64,000 nt of DNA. Origin: an uncultured Deferribacteres bacterium. Its GTDB lineage: Bacteria; Zhuqueibacterota; Zhuqueibacteria; Zhuqueibacterales; Geothermadaptataceae. A program made the translations under genes and the position numbers. The stretch lies in assembly GCA_964014485.1 (NCBI GenBank), contig CAXHAT010000005.1, forward strand, positions 23,226 to 87,225, read 5' to 3'. Positions 49,455-59,439 of this stretch are shown piece by piece (position 1 is the stretch's first letter; every line of letters starts with the position of its first letter). Under the pieces are notes generated by a model. The model was not told the DNA's origin. It was given only the letters and a program-made list of their open reading frames with translations, and made no database searches.

Positions 49455-50612
49455 TTATCGCCGACCGAAACCAACCGAAAAATCGATCCAGGGAAAGAAC
49501 GGCCAGCCGCCAGAGCCTAACGCTTCATCAAAGGTGATCAAAGAAAAGTCGACAGCGATTTTCTTGCCGAAGAAACGAACGCCTGCTGAAATGGCGGCGG
49601 CCGCATCGTTTTCGAGACCGGTAAAAATCCAGTTTTCGGTGATCAGCTTAATGCTGTTTGAAACCTGCAATTCTCCGCCAAGCAGGAAAACCGGTCGGTT
49701 GACCTCGACCTCGTCCAAAATCGGCATGGCGGCGCCAAAAGTCAGCGCCTTGCTTCGGTCGCCGATGGTCGCGACGGCGTAGGTGAGCATCAGATCGTCC
49801 GTGCCGTCTGGAATATTGAGATAAAGAACCCCTGTCGCCGCACTGGCGTTTTTTGAAATGTCGAACGCCAGGCGCGGCGCGACATAAACAAGCTGTGAAC
49901 CCAAGCTAATTCCCGGAATAATGGACATGCCGCCACTGACGGAAAAATTCGAGCTTAGACCGTAGCCAATCGTTGGAAAGAAAAGCATATAATCCGCAAA
50001 GTAACCCTCGCCTGGTTTCATTTTTCTGCCTGTCGGTGCGAAAAGCAGGCGCGAACCTGCAGGATCGATGCGTGAAAAATTCGTGGAAGCCGGGATGTGA
50101 GACGACCTCGATATGCTTGAAATTTGATCATCGCTCAATTCGAACTCGACCCCGGAAGCCGTCTTGAAAGTCAGCCGATTATTCGCAATGCCGGCAATTC
50201 TTCCATGAAATTCCGAACCATCAAATAGGCGAACCGACATATTTCCAGTTTGGTCAGGAAGTTTTAGAGCAAGCGCCGGTTTTGTTGCGCCTTCGTCGAG
50301 ACTTTCAACTCGAAGGGCCAGGTCGCGAAGCAATTTTTTTTGCCTGAGCGACGGCAGATCAATAATGAAAACATCGGCTCCTTTGTCATTTTGAAGCAAA
50401 ATATTGAGCCGGAAGGTTTGGGAGGATTTTCGATAAAGCTTTGCAAGCGTAAAACCGGGAATTTCACCAAAAATATTGTATGTTCTGTTTTCTGCAGCAT
50501 CGATTTCTGAACCCAGCTTTGAGTGGAAAGGCGAAGGCGTCAGCTTTTCAGCGGCGGAACTCGCGGCGGCGATCGTAAAAACAAAAAATATGAATAGAAT
50601 TCTTCTAAGCAT
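49455..50612 (-). CDS. Secreted, probable outer-membrane hypothetical protein
   Basis: Signal peptide; RLLFAPTGR..KPGEGYF; C-terminal PWIDFSVGF beta-strands. Confidence 0.7.
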   Translation of the reverse strand: MLRRILFIFFVFTIAAASSAAEKLTPSPFHSKLGSEIDAAENRTYNIFGEIPGFTLAKLYRKSSQTFRLNILLQNDKGADVFIIDLPSLRQKKLLRDLALRVESLDEGATKPALALKLPDQTGNMSVRLFDGSEFHGRIAGIANNRLTFKTASGVEFELSDDQISSISRSSHIPASTNFSRIDPAGSRLLFAPTGRKMKPGEGYFADYMLFFPTIGYGLSSNFSVSGGMSIIPGISLGSQLVYVAPRLAFDISKNASAATGVLYLNIPDGTDDLMLTYAVATIGDRSKALTFGAAMPILDEVEVNRPVFLLGGELQVSNSIKLITENWIFTGLENDAAAAISAGVRFFGKKIAVDFSLITFDEALGSGGWPFFPWIDFSVGFGRR

Positions 50613-50868
50613 GAATCGTAATCTCCGTAAAATTTTAGTGGCGCATTGTTCGGAATCGAAAGACAGGCTATACGTTGTATTATCCTGAAAATCAAGAATT
50701 GTGCCTGCTTTCTTGCCTAAAAAGTCATAAAAAAACAGTCGCGTTGTGTATACCTGAGTCGTACCGGAACTGCCGCAATCTCAAAACCCGGCTCCAACGA
50801 ATTTCATTTGCAAAATTTTGAATTAATGATCTAATTTTCAAAACGATTATCCTAAAGCAGCCCATCGC

Positions 50869-53007
50869 ATGCCGATAGAAAGAAAAGTCACCCTTGCGCT
50901 TTTAACGATTTTCTTCATGGCGTCTGCACTAGACGGTCAGATCGTGCGCGGCCAAGCGTCCGTTACGCTGAACGAAGGGTGGGAACATCGGTGGGGAGAC
51001 TCTCCGCGCGACGCCAACGGCGTTCCTGTATGGACGTACAGCGATGACGGCGATTGGCTTGCAACCAAATCCATCACAAGTCCACGCGGGGGCGGGGATG
51101 AGCATATTGTTTGGCTGCGAACGCTCCTGCCCGGCGATTCGCTAAGCTCGAACCCTGGTGCGGGGATGCTCAGAATTCCTTCAATTTTCCTCATGCCGGT
51201 GACGCAAAGCTTCGAGTGTTACCTTGGCTCTGTCCAAATTTACCAATTCGGTGCTATGCAGCCGGATCAAAGCAACAAATTCTCACAAGTTACAGGCCAT
51301 ATCATTGAATTGCCGCAAAACTACGCAGGCCGACGCTTGTATTTTAGAATTTTCTGTGAAAGACCCAATCACGCCAAATTTTCCGAAGCTCCGATCTTGG
51401 CCGGAGAAGCTGATCTGCTCATAGAAATGCTTCATAAATACGCCGACGAATTCGCGCTTGGCGTCATCACCTTTTTTATCGGCTTTTTCTCGCTCATTGT
51501 CTATTTCAGAAAATGGCGCATGCGTTTGAACTATGCTTTTACCTTTGGCATTTTCGCTGTGTCCGGCGGGCTGGCGTTTATTTTTGGCGAACCCATCCCG
51601 CAATTTATTATCTATTCGCCTCAATTGCGCTACTATCTTGGAATAGGCGGATTTTTGTTATTCCCTCTCGGCTTGTTCGCATTCATTGATCAAATGATCC
51701 AGCGCAAACCCTCGCGGCTTTTACGCCTTTTGTGGCAAGCCCATCTGGTTTTCGCGTTGCTGGCGTTCGCCCTCGATTTGGGCGATGTTGTTGTTTTTGA
51801 GCAGTTGCGCGGTTTTCTCTACGCATTGCTTGTTATAACTATCGTTACTGCTACGGTAGTGGCCTTGCGCGCCGCCAATGAAGGGGACGTTTATGCAGGC
51901 ATTCTTTCCATCGGCGTCGCGGCGCTGAGTTTGTTCGGAGTCTCTGAAGTTTTCGACGTATTTGCCATTGTTTTTGGCGTTGGCGGGACGTATCACTGGG
52001 GCGTTCTTATTTTTCTCCTGCTATTGGGATATATCATCGTGCTGCGATTTGACGAGACCGGGCGGGAAATTCATTTAAAATCGAAGCAGCTCGAAAAAAA
52101 GGCTGCGCAATTAACCGCCGTCAATGAAACGTTGAGCGCGGCGCGCGCCAGCCTGGAAGCGGACGTTGAGGAGAGAACGGCCGCTCTTGCCGAGAAAAAC
52201 CGAAGCTTGAAAACCACGCTTGACGCCGTCAATGACAAGCAGCATCAGATTATGATTCGCGATCGAATGGCTTCTTTGGGAAACCTTGTGGCCGGAGTGG
52301 CGCACGAGATAAACACGCCGATTGGCGCCGTTCGAAGTTCAACCGATGTTGCTTCCCGAGCGCTCAAACAATTGCGAAAGTTCATCGATGCACCGCCTGA
52401 AGAAGGAAATGCGTCCAAGCTGACGAAGCCCTTCACCGTCCTGAAAAAGAATTACAAAGTTATTGCTGCCGCGAGCGACCGGGTTCGCACGATTTCGAGA
52501 AGCCTGACGACTTTTGCCAGGCCAGGCGAGAAGACGCTTGAGCTTAGAGATATTCATCAGTGTCTTGATAGCGCATTGACTTTGACGCACCATGAGACGA
52601 AAATGAAAGCCGAGATCATTCGCAATTTCGCGACAGACATCCCGCCGTTTTTCATTTCTCCGAACGAGATTGGGCAGGTTTTTATCAACATTCTGACCAA
52701 TAGTGCACAGGCCATCGAAGGGAAGGGATGCATTGTGATCGCAACCAGGCGCAGCGGGAACAACGTGTTAATTGAGATTTCCGACAATGGCCGAGGCATA
52801 CCTGAAGAAAATCGCGAAAAGATATTTGATCCGGGCTTCACGACAAAAGGCGTTGGCGTGGGAACGGGGCTTGGGCTGGCGATCAGCTACAATATTATTC
52901 GTGAACACGGCGGGGACGTCGAAGTTGAAAGCGAACTGGGGAAGGGGACCAAATTCAGGATAATCTTGCCTTTGAAAACGGCGTCAAGTAACGCCGAGCA
53001 GGTGTGA
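50869..53007 (+). CDS. 7TM (DISM-like) sensor histidine kinase
   Basis: Periplasmic domain, about 7 TM segments, AGVAHEINTP, NILTNS, DNGRG, GTGLGL. Confidence 0.92.
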   Translation: MPIERKVTLALLTIFFMASALDGQIVRGQASVTLNEGWEHRWGDSPRDANGVPVWTYSDDGDWLATKSITSPRGGGDEHIVWLRTLLPGDSLSSNPGAGMLRIPSIFLMPVTQSFECYLGSVQIYQFGAMQPDQSNKFSQVTGHIIELPQNYAGRRLYFRIFCERPNHAKFSEAPILAGEADLLIEMLHKYADEFALGVITFFIGFFSLIVYFRKWRMRLNYAFTFGIFAVSGGLAFIFGEPIPQFIIYSPQLRYYLGIGGFLLFPLGLFAFIDQMIQRKPSRLLRLLWQAHLVFALLAFALDLGDVVVFEQLRGFLYALLVITIVTATVVALRAANEGDVYAGILSIGVAALSLFGVSEVFDVFAIVFGVGGTYHWGVLIFLLLLGYIIVLRFDETGREIHLKSKQLEKKAAQLTAVNETLSAARASLEADVEERTAALAEKNRSLKTTLDAVNDKQHQIMIRDRMASLGNLVAGVAHEINTPIGAVRSSTDVASRALKQLRKFIDAPPEEGNASKLTKPFTVLKKNYKVIAAASDRVRTISRSLTTFARPGEKTLELRDIHQCLDSALTLTHHETKMKAEIIRNFATDIPPFFISPNEIGQVFINILTNSAQAIEGKGCIVIATRRSGNNVLIEISDNGRGIPEENREKIFDPGFTTKGVGVGTGLGLAISYNIIREHGGDVEVESELGKGTKFRIILPLKTASSNAEQV

Positions 53008-55148
53008 TGATTGTCCGAATATCAACAGCCGTGAAAATTGCGAGCGCAGCATTGCTCATCGCTTCAACGTTCTGGGCTTGCTCGTCTTCCGGGGAAGAGC
53101 CAGACGCGTTCTTGCAAGCTTCATTTCAGAAAAAACCAATCGATTTGCTGTCAAAGACGCAAATATTTCACGGAGATATTGCGGAGCGGCAGGAAAATAT
53201 CGACTCCGCCGTTCGAGATGACGCACCGGGATGGTATTCGTTCCAGGAAGCTCCTGACGGGGTGTTTCCGGTTCAAGACGTTTTTTGGCTCCGCAGTCCC
53301 TTGCCTGAAGCGACGCCGAACGACCCGTCGCTTCATCTTAGCGCTTCAGTCGACAGATTTGAAGTCTTCCAGTCGCTGGATTCAATCCGCCCGGCGGCCC
53401 CGCCGTTTTTGACAAGCAACCAATACGGGCACTACAACACTGCGATTGTCGAGCTCGACCCTGAGCGGCAAGGAAAATGGTTGTTCATTCGAATTTACGC
53501 TCATGCTTCCCTGGAAAAGCAGTTCTTGCGAAAAATCCGGTATGGCGCGCGCGCGGCGATCATCAACAACATTATGAAACAAGAGCTGACGGATGTTGTT
53601 GTTGCATTTGCCTGCCTTCTCATTGGTCTGTTTGCCGTCCTGACGTTCTTTAGTCGCCTCTCCGAACGAGCGTGGTATATCCTGACGTTTGGACTCTTTG
53701 CGCTGAGCTTGAGTCTTTTTCTTCTGTTGTATCGCGACATCAAGCAAGTGATTTATGATGACATTGCTTTTTGGTTTTACATCGGCCAGACGGGCTATTT
53801 CACTATGCCGATCGGGCTTTACGCTTTTTTCGAACAAGCGTCTCCCGGAAAGAATCGCATCGTTCGCATTTTATGGCAATTTCACGCTGTTCTCGCCGCA
53901 TCGCTCATTATTCTCAATTTTTCAGGCTGGGTGATGGCCTCCGAGATAGAATTTTGGTATGGCTGGCTATTAGTCGCGGAAATTCCAATCGCAATGTCCA
54001 GCATGATGAATCGGAAAATGCTGGCAATGCGGGAGTCGCGGATATTTCTTTTTGGCGCTGCGGTTATCGGAGGAACGGGGTCTCTCGATATTCTCATTGG
54101 CTTGGGTTATCTGCCTGGAACGACCTCATTTTTTGTGTGGGGGTTGGTTGTATTTATCCTTTGTCTCGCCGCCATCATTGACCATCGATTTTCAAGATTG
54201 CGCGATGAAGCGGATAATTACTCGAAACTGCTCGAGCAAGAATCCTCGGCATTACGGGAAACGAACGCTGAACTCGAAGCGCAAAACGCGGAATTGGAGC
54301 GCCGAGTAGCCGTGCGCAGCCAGGAATTAGATCGTAAAAACGAAGATTTGGAGTCCACGCTATTCCATCTTAAAGAAATGGAGAAACAGCTTGTACTCCA
54401 GCAAAAAATGGCCGCGCTTGGACGACTTGCCGCAGGCGTTGCGCGTGATATTGACGAACCGTTGACTGTCGTCAGCGAAGCTTCAGAAGTTATTGACGCA
54501 AAAATTGAACAGGTCGACTCAAGCGAAAGCTTTGCCGGCGTCGGTAAAAATGGGGATCTGCTCCGCATCATCGAAGCAATCGATAAAGAAAACGCCGCCG
54601 CTTCCGAGGCAAGCAAGAACATTGCACAGACGGTCAAAGCGCTAAAAAACTTTGCGCGTTTAGACGAAGCGGATTTTCAACCGGTCGATCCCCGCCGCGG
54701 ACTTGAGGACACTCTTCAGCTTCTCCAGAACGACTTTGGCGAAGCCGTTACAATCAGAAAAGAACTTGCCCAAATTCCTTTGGTGGATTGTTATCCAAAC
54801 CAGTTAAACCAGGTGTTCATGCAAATTTTGCTTGTTGCGGCGCACGGATTTGGGCAGAGGGGGGAGGCGCTCATCCGAACGCGTCCCGTCGATGAAAACA
54901 TTGTTATCGAATTTGAATTTACTGCGAGCCCAGATCAGAGCAGCTTTAGCGGTTTTTTTGCAGACGTTGAAAAGACGTTTCAAAAGCGCATTAAGAGCGA
55001 GGATAACCTGCTCGATTTTTCAATAATAAGAGATATTATTCGAAGGCACGGCGGGAGCCTGGACTTTGAACGGAAAACTGAGGAAAATGCGCTTTTCCGA
55101 ATCAAATTACCGGCAAAACCGGAAGAAGAAAACGATGATGAAAATTGA
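53004..55148 (+). CDS. 7TM histidine-kinase paralog with degenerate catalytic motifs
   Basis: Same architecture; AGVARDIDEP in place of the H-box; no DxGxG or GxGLG. Confidence 0.85.
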   Translation: MMIVRISTAVKIASAALLIASTFWACSSSGEEPDAFLQASFQKKPIDLLSKTQIFHGDIAERQENIDSAVRDDAPGWYSFQEAPDGVFPVQDVFWLRSPLPEATPNDPSLHLSASVDRFEVFQSLDSIRPAAPPFLTSNQYGHYNTAIVELDPERQGKWLFIRIYAHASLEKQFLRKIRYGARAAIINNIMKQELTDVVVAFACLLIGLFAVLTFFSRLSERAWYILTFGLFALSLSLFLLLYRDIKQVIYDDIAFWFYIGQTGYFTMPIGLYAFFEQASPGKNRIVRILWQFHAVLAASLIILNFSGWVMASEIEFWYGWLLVAEIPIAMSSMMNRKMLAMRESRIFLFGAAVIGGTGSLDILIGLGYLPGTTSFFVWGLVVFILCLAAIIDHRFSRLRDEADNYSKLLEQESSALRETNAELEAQNAELERRVAVRSQELDRKNEDLESTLFHLKEMEKQLVLQQKMAALGRLAAGVARDIDEPLTVVSEASEVIDAKIEQVDSSESFAGVGKNGDLLRIIEAIDKENAAASEASKNIAQTVKALKNFARLDEADFQPVDPRRGLEDTLQLLQNDFGEAVTIRKELAQIPLVDCYPNQLNQVFMQILLVAAHGFGQRGEALIRTRPVDENIVIEFEFTASPDQSSFSGFFADVEKTFQKRIKSEDNLLDFSIIRDIIRRHGGSLDFERKTEENALFRIKLPAKPEEENDDEN

Positions 55149-55578
55149 GTTTAACAACGGCGAATACCGTGTAACCGCCGATCCGAATCAAATTGACGTG
55201 CAGTGGGTTCATGCGTTTCTGGCAGAGTCTTATTGGGCGAAAAACGTCCCGTTGGAAGTTGTTAAAATATCGATAAAAAACTCACTGGCTTTTGGATTGT
55301 TCAAAGGCGATGAACCGGCGGGGTTTGGGCGCGCAGTGACGGATCGGGCGACGTTCGCATACTTGGCGGACATTTTTGTCGATGAAGCGCATCGCGGGCG
55401 GGGCTTGGGGAAATGGCTGATTCAGTGCATTTTCGACCATCCCGATCTCTACAATCTCAGGCGATGGATGCTGATCACGGAGGACGCGCACGGGTTGTAC
55501 GAAAATTTTGGCTTCAAAGTGATCTCAACGCCCGGAAAATTCATGGAAATCAAAAATCACGGCGTTTATGATTCCTGA
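55135..55578 (+). CDS. GNAT N-acetyltransferase
   Basis: SYWA, FAYLADIFV..HRGRGLGKWL, DAHGLY. Confidence 0.92.
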   Translation: MMKIEFNNGEYRVTADPNQIDVQWVHAFLAESYWAKNVPLEVVKISIKNSLAFGLFKGDEPAGFGRAVTDRATFAYLADIFVDEAHRGRGLGKWLIQCIFDHPDLYNLRRWMLITEDAHGLYENFGFKVISTPGKFMEIKNHGVYDS

Positions 55579-55660
55579 CGTTGGGAAGTTTTGAAAATAA
55601 CGTTTAAGCAAATCCTGAAATGTTAAGCAAATCAGAAAAAATGCTAAAACTCAGCGACGC

Positions 55661-56029
55661 TCAGTTGACAATGGCGTTTTTTAGTTTATCGAAAATAAAG
55701 GAAGAGATTCGCGGCTGAATATTGTTGCTTTCAACGCGAAATTTGTAAGCGACGGGCACGTGGAGATTCTTTCTCGCGGGCATGAGAACCGGCGCCATTT
55801 TAAATCGATCTGCGCGAAATTCCCCGTCATCAACGCTAAAAAATTCGAATCGATTCGGTTTGTCCCACCGGACGGCTTGCGGACTGGCTTTTTTATCGAA
55901 ATGTAACTCAAAACCAAGAATATCTTCCCCTTCATCCTGCCAGATAATCAGGTCAAAATAATCGTCTTCAAACCAGCGACGGCGGGGTTCCCCATGAATT
56001 TGGCGGACGGCTTTTATTTCCCTTAACAT
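55661..56029 (-). CDS. Hypothetical conserved-type protein
   Basis: GGAG SD; MLREIKAVRQ...RRWF.D.YFDLIIW. Confidence 0.65.
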   Translation of the reverse strand: MLREIKAVRQIHGEPRRRWFEDDYFDLIIWQDEGEDILGFELHFDKKASPQAVRWDKPNRFEFFSVDDGEFRADRFKMAPVLMPARKNLHVPVAYKFRVESNNIQPRISSFIFDKLKNAIVN

Positions 56030-56101
56030 GGCTCCTAACTCCGATCTTGTCCTCGAAATGTGGCGATAAAGGAGTTGTGAAAGCAAATCAAAAGCCAAAA
56101 T

Positions 56102-57097
56102 TTAGAGCAGCGGACTTTTGGGCTTTGGCGTGGAATCGAGCAATTGGTCGGTCACTGCGTCTGAGCTGACGCCTTCAGCTTCTCCCTTGAAATTGACGAG
56201 AATACGGTGACGCAAAACCGGTTTGGCTGTCGCAGCAATATCTTCGAGCGTGACTGAATAACGCGAATTGAGCAGCGCCCGCGTTTTTGCGGTTAAAATC
56301 ATGGCTTGGCCCGCGCGCGGCCCGGCGCCCCAACGCACCCATTCTTTAACAAAATCGCTTTGATTTTCCGTCGGGCGGCTGGCGCGCACCAGCGAGCTGA
56401 CATACTTGATCAAGTCTTCGCTGATAAAAACTTGCCGCATGAGTTGCTGCGCTTTCAAAATTTCTTCTTGCGCGAGCACAGACTGCACCTCAACAGACGA
56501 CTCGCCGGTGGTTGCCGCAAGTATTTGCTGCTCCGCTTCCTCGGCGGGATAATCGATCACTACTTTCATGAGAAAACGATCCAATTGCGCTTCCGGGAGG
56601 GGGTAGGTGCCCGCCTGCTCGATGGGGTTTTGCGTCGCCAAAACGAAAAACGGCTCATCCAAAACATACCGCTGGCCGGCGTAGGTCACTGCGTGTTCTT
56701 GCATCGCTTCCAGCAAAGCGGACTGGGTTTTGGGCGGCGTACGGTTGATTTCATCGGCGAGAAGAATGTTTGTAAACAGCGGGCCTTTGTTGAATTTGAA
56801 AAAGCGTTTTCCGGAAGAACGATCCTCTTCCAAAACTTCTGCGCCGATCACGTCCGTCGGCATCAAATCCGGCGTGAATTGAATGCGACGAAATGAAAGA
56901 TCGACCGCACTTGCAAGAGTTTGTACCATCAGCGTTTTGGCGAGACCGGGCACGCCTTCCAATAAACAATGTCCTCCGGCGATAAAAGTCGTTAGGATTT
57001 GGTCTAACGCTTCTTCCTGACCAATGATCGTGCGCTTGATTTCGCGTTTTAAGCCGGCAAGCTTTTCCAGAATTTCTTCGACGTCTTTTTCGTGCAT
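56102..57097 (-). CDS. moxR: MoxR-family AAA+ ATPase
   Basis: GVPGLAKT, RIQFTPDLMP, DEINRTPPKTQSALLEAMQE, PLPEAQLDRF. Confidence 0.95.
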   Translation of the reverse strand: MHEKDVEEILEKLAGLKREIKRTIIGQEEALDQILTTFIAGGHCLLEGVPGLAKTLMVQTLASAVDLSFRRIQFTPDLMPTDVIGAEVLEEDRSSGKRFFKFNKGPLFTNILLADEINRTPPKTQSALLEAMQEHAVTYAGQRYVLDEPFFVLATQNPIEQAGTYPLPEAQLDRFLMKVVIDYPAEEAEQQILAATTGESSVEVQSVLAQEEILKAQQLMRQVFISEDLIKYVSSLVRASRPTENQSDFVKEWVRWGAGPRAGQAMILTAKTRALLNSRYSVTLEDIAATAKPVLRHRILVNFKGEAEGVSSDAVTDQLLDSTPKPKSPLL

Positions 57098-57137
57098 TTT
57101 TACTCTGTGATTTATTTTTCGATTGTGAATGCTAAAC

Positions 57138-57426
57138 CCGACATTCCGCACACAAGAATTGGAGATGGAAATAATTTCTTCTTCTCATTAGCGCCGTCCT
57201 TCAGGACGGTGACAAGAGCGTCCTTCCACCCTTCTCCCCGCCGCGCTTGCGCGGCGAGGGAGAAGAAAAGTGTGATTTTACCAAAACCCCGGCTTGAAAC
57301 CCGGGGCTAATGAGATGCAAAATCTCATCAGGCGCAAAAGAAGTCTTGCAGCCGAACTATAATTGTCGAAAAAGCGCTTTTTCAACAAACGACTTCAAAT
57401 GCGACAATTGACGTGCGGAATGTCGG
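57138..57426. mobile_element. MITE-like element, perfect 14-bp TIR and 6-bp target duplication, carrying a family-A REP doublet
   Basis: CCGACATTCCGCAC 57138-57151 / GTGCGGAATGTCGG 57413-57426; CTAAAC at 57132-57137 and 57427-57432. Confidence 0.85.
57183..57315. repeat. REP-like inverted doublet, family A
   Basis: TCTCATTAGC...CCGCCGCGCTTGCGCGGCG...GCTAATGAGA; homologous to 8504-8638. Confidence 0.85.
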
Positions 57427-57686
57427 CTAAACTGAGCTTCTTAGGACAAAAACGAAAATGAAAATAGCCGAGACCAAAATCTTGGCGAATAGCCGGCGTT
57501 TATTGAAAACGCTTTCGTGCGACAACATCAGAGAACCGAGAACCGTCGCGGCAATCACAATAATTGTGGGGCGATGAAATTACATTGGAGCGTTAGACGC
57601 ATTCATCAAAAGGGCGTTTAGCGGTTGCTTCCTTTTCGTGAACAAGTTGTTTTTCGATGAGAATTTATTAAGGGAAGGGGGAATGC

Positions 57687-58244
57687 CTAACCTAAAACGG
57701 CATTGACTTCAACCGCCATGTTGGGGAGAATTTTGGGAGTTATCGTGTCGCCGCGCTGGAAAACAGCTTTGTTTTGATACCGATTCTCGGAAGGAGCGGT
57801 GTAAACTTCAATTTGCTCTTCAATGAGATTGACGATCCAATATTCAAGGATATTAGCGTTGGCATAGAGAAAAGCCTTCTGCCGGTCAATATTCACAGAG
57901 CTGTCCGCGACTTCTATCAGAAGCAAAACGTCTTGAGGCCCCGGGATTTTGCTGCGATAATCGTCAACGCGAAATTTTAAAATGCTGACGTCCGGCTCCG
58001 GCTCAGACATTTCACCAAGCCGAACCGGGTCTTGAATGCCAACAACGCCTTTGCCAGAGAGTTTCGTTGCGAAAAACCGGTTCAGGAACTTGACGCATCC
58101 GGAATGTTTGCTGCCGACAGGACTTATTTTAACGATTTCCCCTTCTAAAAGCTCGACGCGGTCGTCTTCCGCAAGGATTCCCGCTCGCCCCATTGCGCGA
58201 TATTCTGAGACTGTAAACAGCCGACGTGCTGTAACAACGCTCAT
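57687..58244 (-). CDS. Uma2-family endonuclease
   Basis: RVELLEGEI, EPEPDV, LLIEVADSS, EYWIVNL. Confidence 0.93.
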   Translation of the reverse strand: MSVVTARRLFTVSEYRAMGRAGILAEDDRVELLEGEIVKISPVGSKHSGCVKFLNRFFATKLSGKGVVGIQDPVRLGEMSEPEPDVSILKFRVDDYRSKIPGPQDVLLLIEVADSSVNIDRQKAFLYANANILEYWIVNLIEEQIEVYTAPSENRYQNKAVFQRGDTITPKILPNMAVEVNAVLG

Positions 58245-58328
58245 GAGAGTTCTCTTTCTTTTATTTCAACGCGGCTTGAAGTTGTTAACAATATAATGCT
58301 TTGAGGAAGAACGTCAAGCGGAAGATTT

Positions 58329-59243
58329 TCAGCGCCCCATGTTGGCAAGCGTTGTTCGCGGCTCCTGGAAGAATTTTGTCGGGGATTTGGCGCGGTTGTT
58401 CACGATCACTTCGTAGTGCAAATGCGGCCCGGTCGTTCGGCCCGTCTGGCCGGAAAGACCAATGATCTCGCCTTTTTTGACCTTCTGTCCTTTTTGAACC
58501 AAAACTTTCGACAGATGAGCGTAGCGCGTCTTGATCCCGCCGCCGTGGTCAACCAATATTTCCCGCCCATAGCCGTAATTCAAAGTATAGCGTTTTTTCG
58601 CCTGCAAAACGACGCCGTCTGCGGCGACGAGAACGTCGGAGCCTGCGTCAACGGCAATATCAACGCCGTTGTGATGACGCCGGGAGCCTGTGAAAGGATC
58701 GCGGCGACGACCGAAGTAACCCGAAATATAGCCGCCTTTTACCGGGCGGATTGAAGGGTATGAAGCGAAAGACGAATCCTCGTTTGAAACGTCGAGATTT
58801 TTTAAGGCAAGATACGCCTCTGCGGCCTCGCGTTTTTGGAGTGCTTCTTCCTGCTGCAAGTTGGATTGTTGCGAAAATGATTCGGCGGCGGGAGCTTCAG
58901 ACTTACTCGACGTTTGCAGCCGACGCGGTTTTTCCGCAGCGAATTTCGCGGGGCTCTCCGACTTTAACAAAGCGCTTCGGGTTCGTTGCGTCGACTCTTC
59001 TTCTAATGATTTTTCGGTATTGTCAACCCTCAAATTGGCGGGATTTGTTTGCATCGCCATGATCAGAATGCCGGTCAAGATCATGAGACTGCAAACGAGG
59101 GTGTAGAATAAAAAATTATATAATCGATTTGAAAAGGCGCTTTCCTGGCTTGCACTGTCCTGCTGTGCAAAAAAAGACTGCTTAATTCTGTCGCTTTCCA
59201 TAATTCTGTAATGCGGGGGGAGCTCCTGGTAACGTACCTGCAA
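58329..59243 (-). CDS. M23-family metallopeptidase, membrane-anchored
   Basis: HNGVD, TRYAHL, TGPHLHYEV; N-terminal TM. Confidence 0.92.
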   Translation of the reverse strand: MQVRYQELPPHYRIMESDRIKQSFFAQQDSASQESAFSNRLYNFLFYTLVCSLMILTGILIMAMQTNPANLRVDNTEKSLEEESTQRTRSALLKSESPAKFAAEKPRRLQTSSKSEAPAAESFSQQSNLQQEEALQKREAAEAYLALKNLDVSNEDSSFASYPSIRPVKGGYISGYFGRRRDPFTGSRRHHNGVDIAVDAGSDVLVAADGVVLQAKKRYTLNYGYGREILVDHGGGIKTRYAHLSKVLVQKGQKVKKGEIIGLSGQTGRTTGPHLHYEVIVNNRAKSPTKFFQEPRTTLANMGR

Positions 59244-59439
59244 TCAATGAAATCTCAACCATTGTCTCTACCCATAAAGCCGGGAAATGCGGTTAAATGT
59301 TAACAGAAATTACGCGTGTTTTACATCATTGGTCAGGTCAATTTGCTTGTGGCTGGCGATTTGTGAACTTAGATTTGTGTCATATTTTCATATCAGCGAT
59401 TGTTGTAAAATCGGCAGTTTGATATTGTTCGGAGGGAAG

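Noticed and set aside
57427..57606. Minus-strand hydrophobic reading frame with an internal stop
   Set aside because: Too short and without recognisable homology to call a pseudogene
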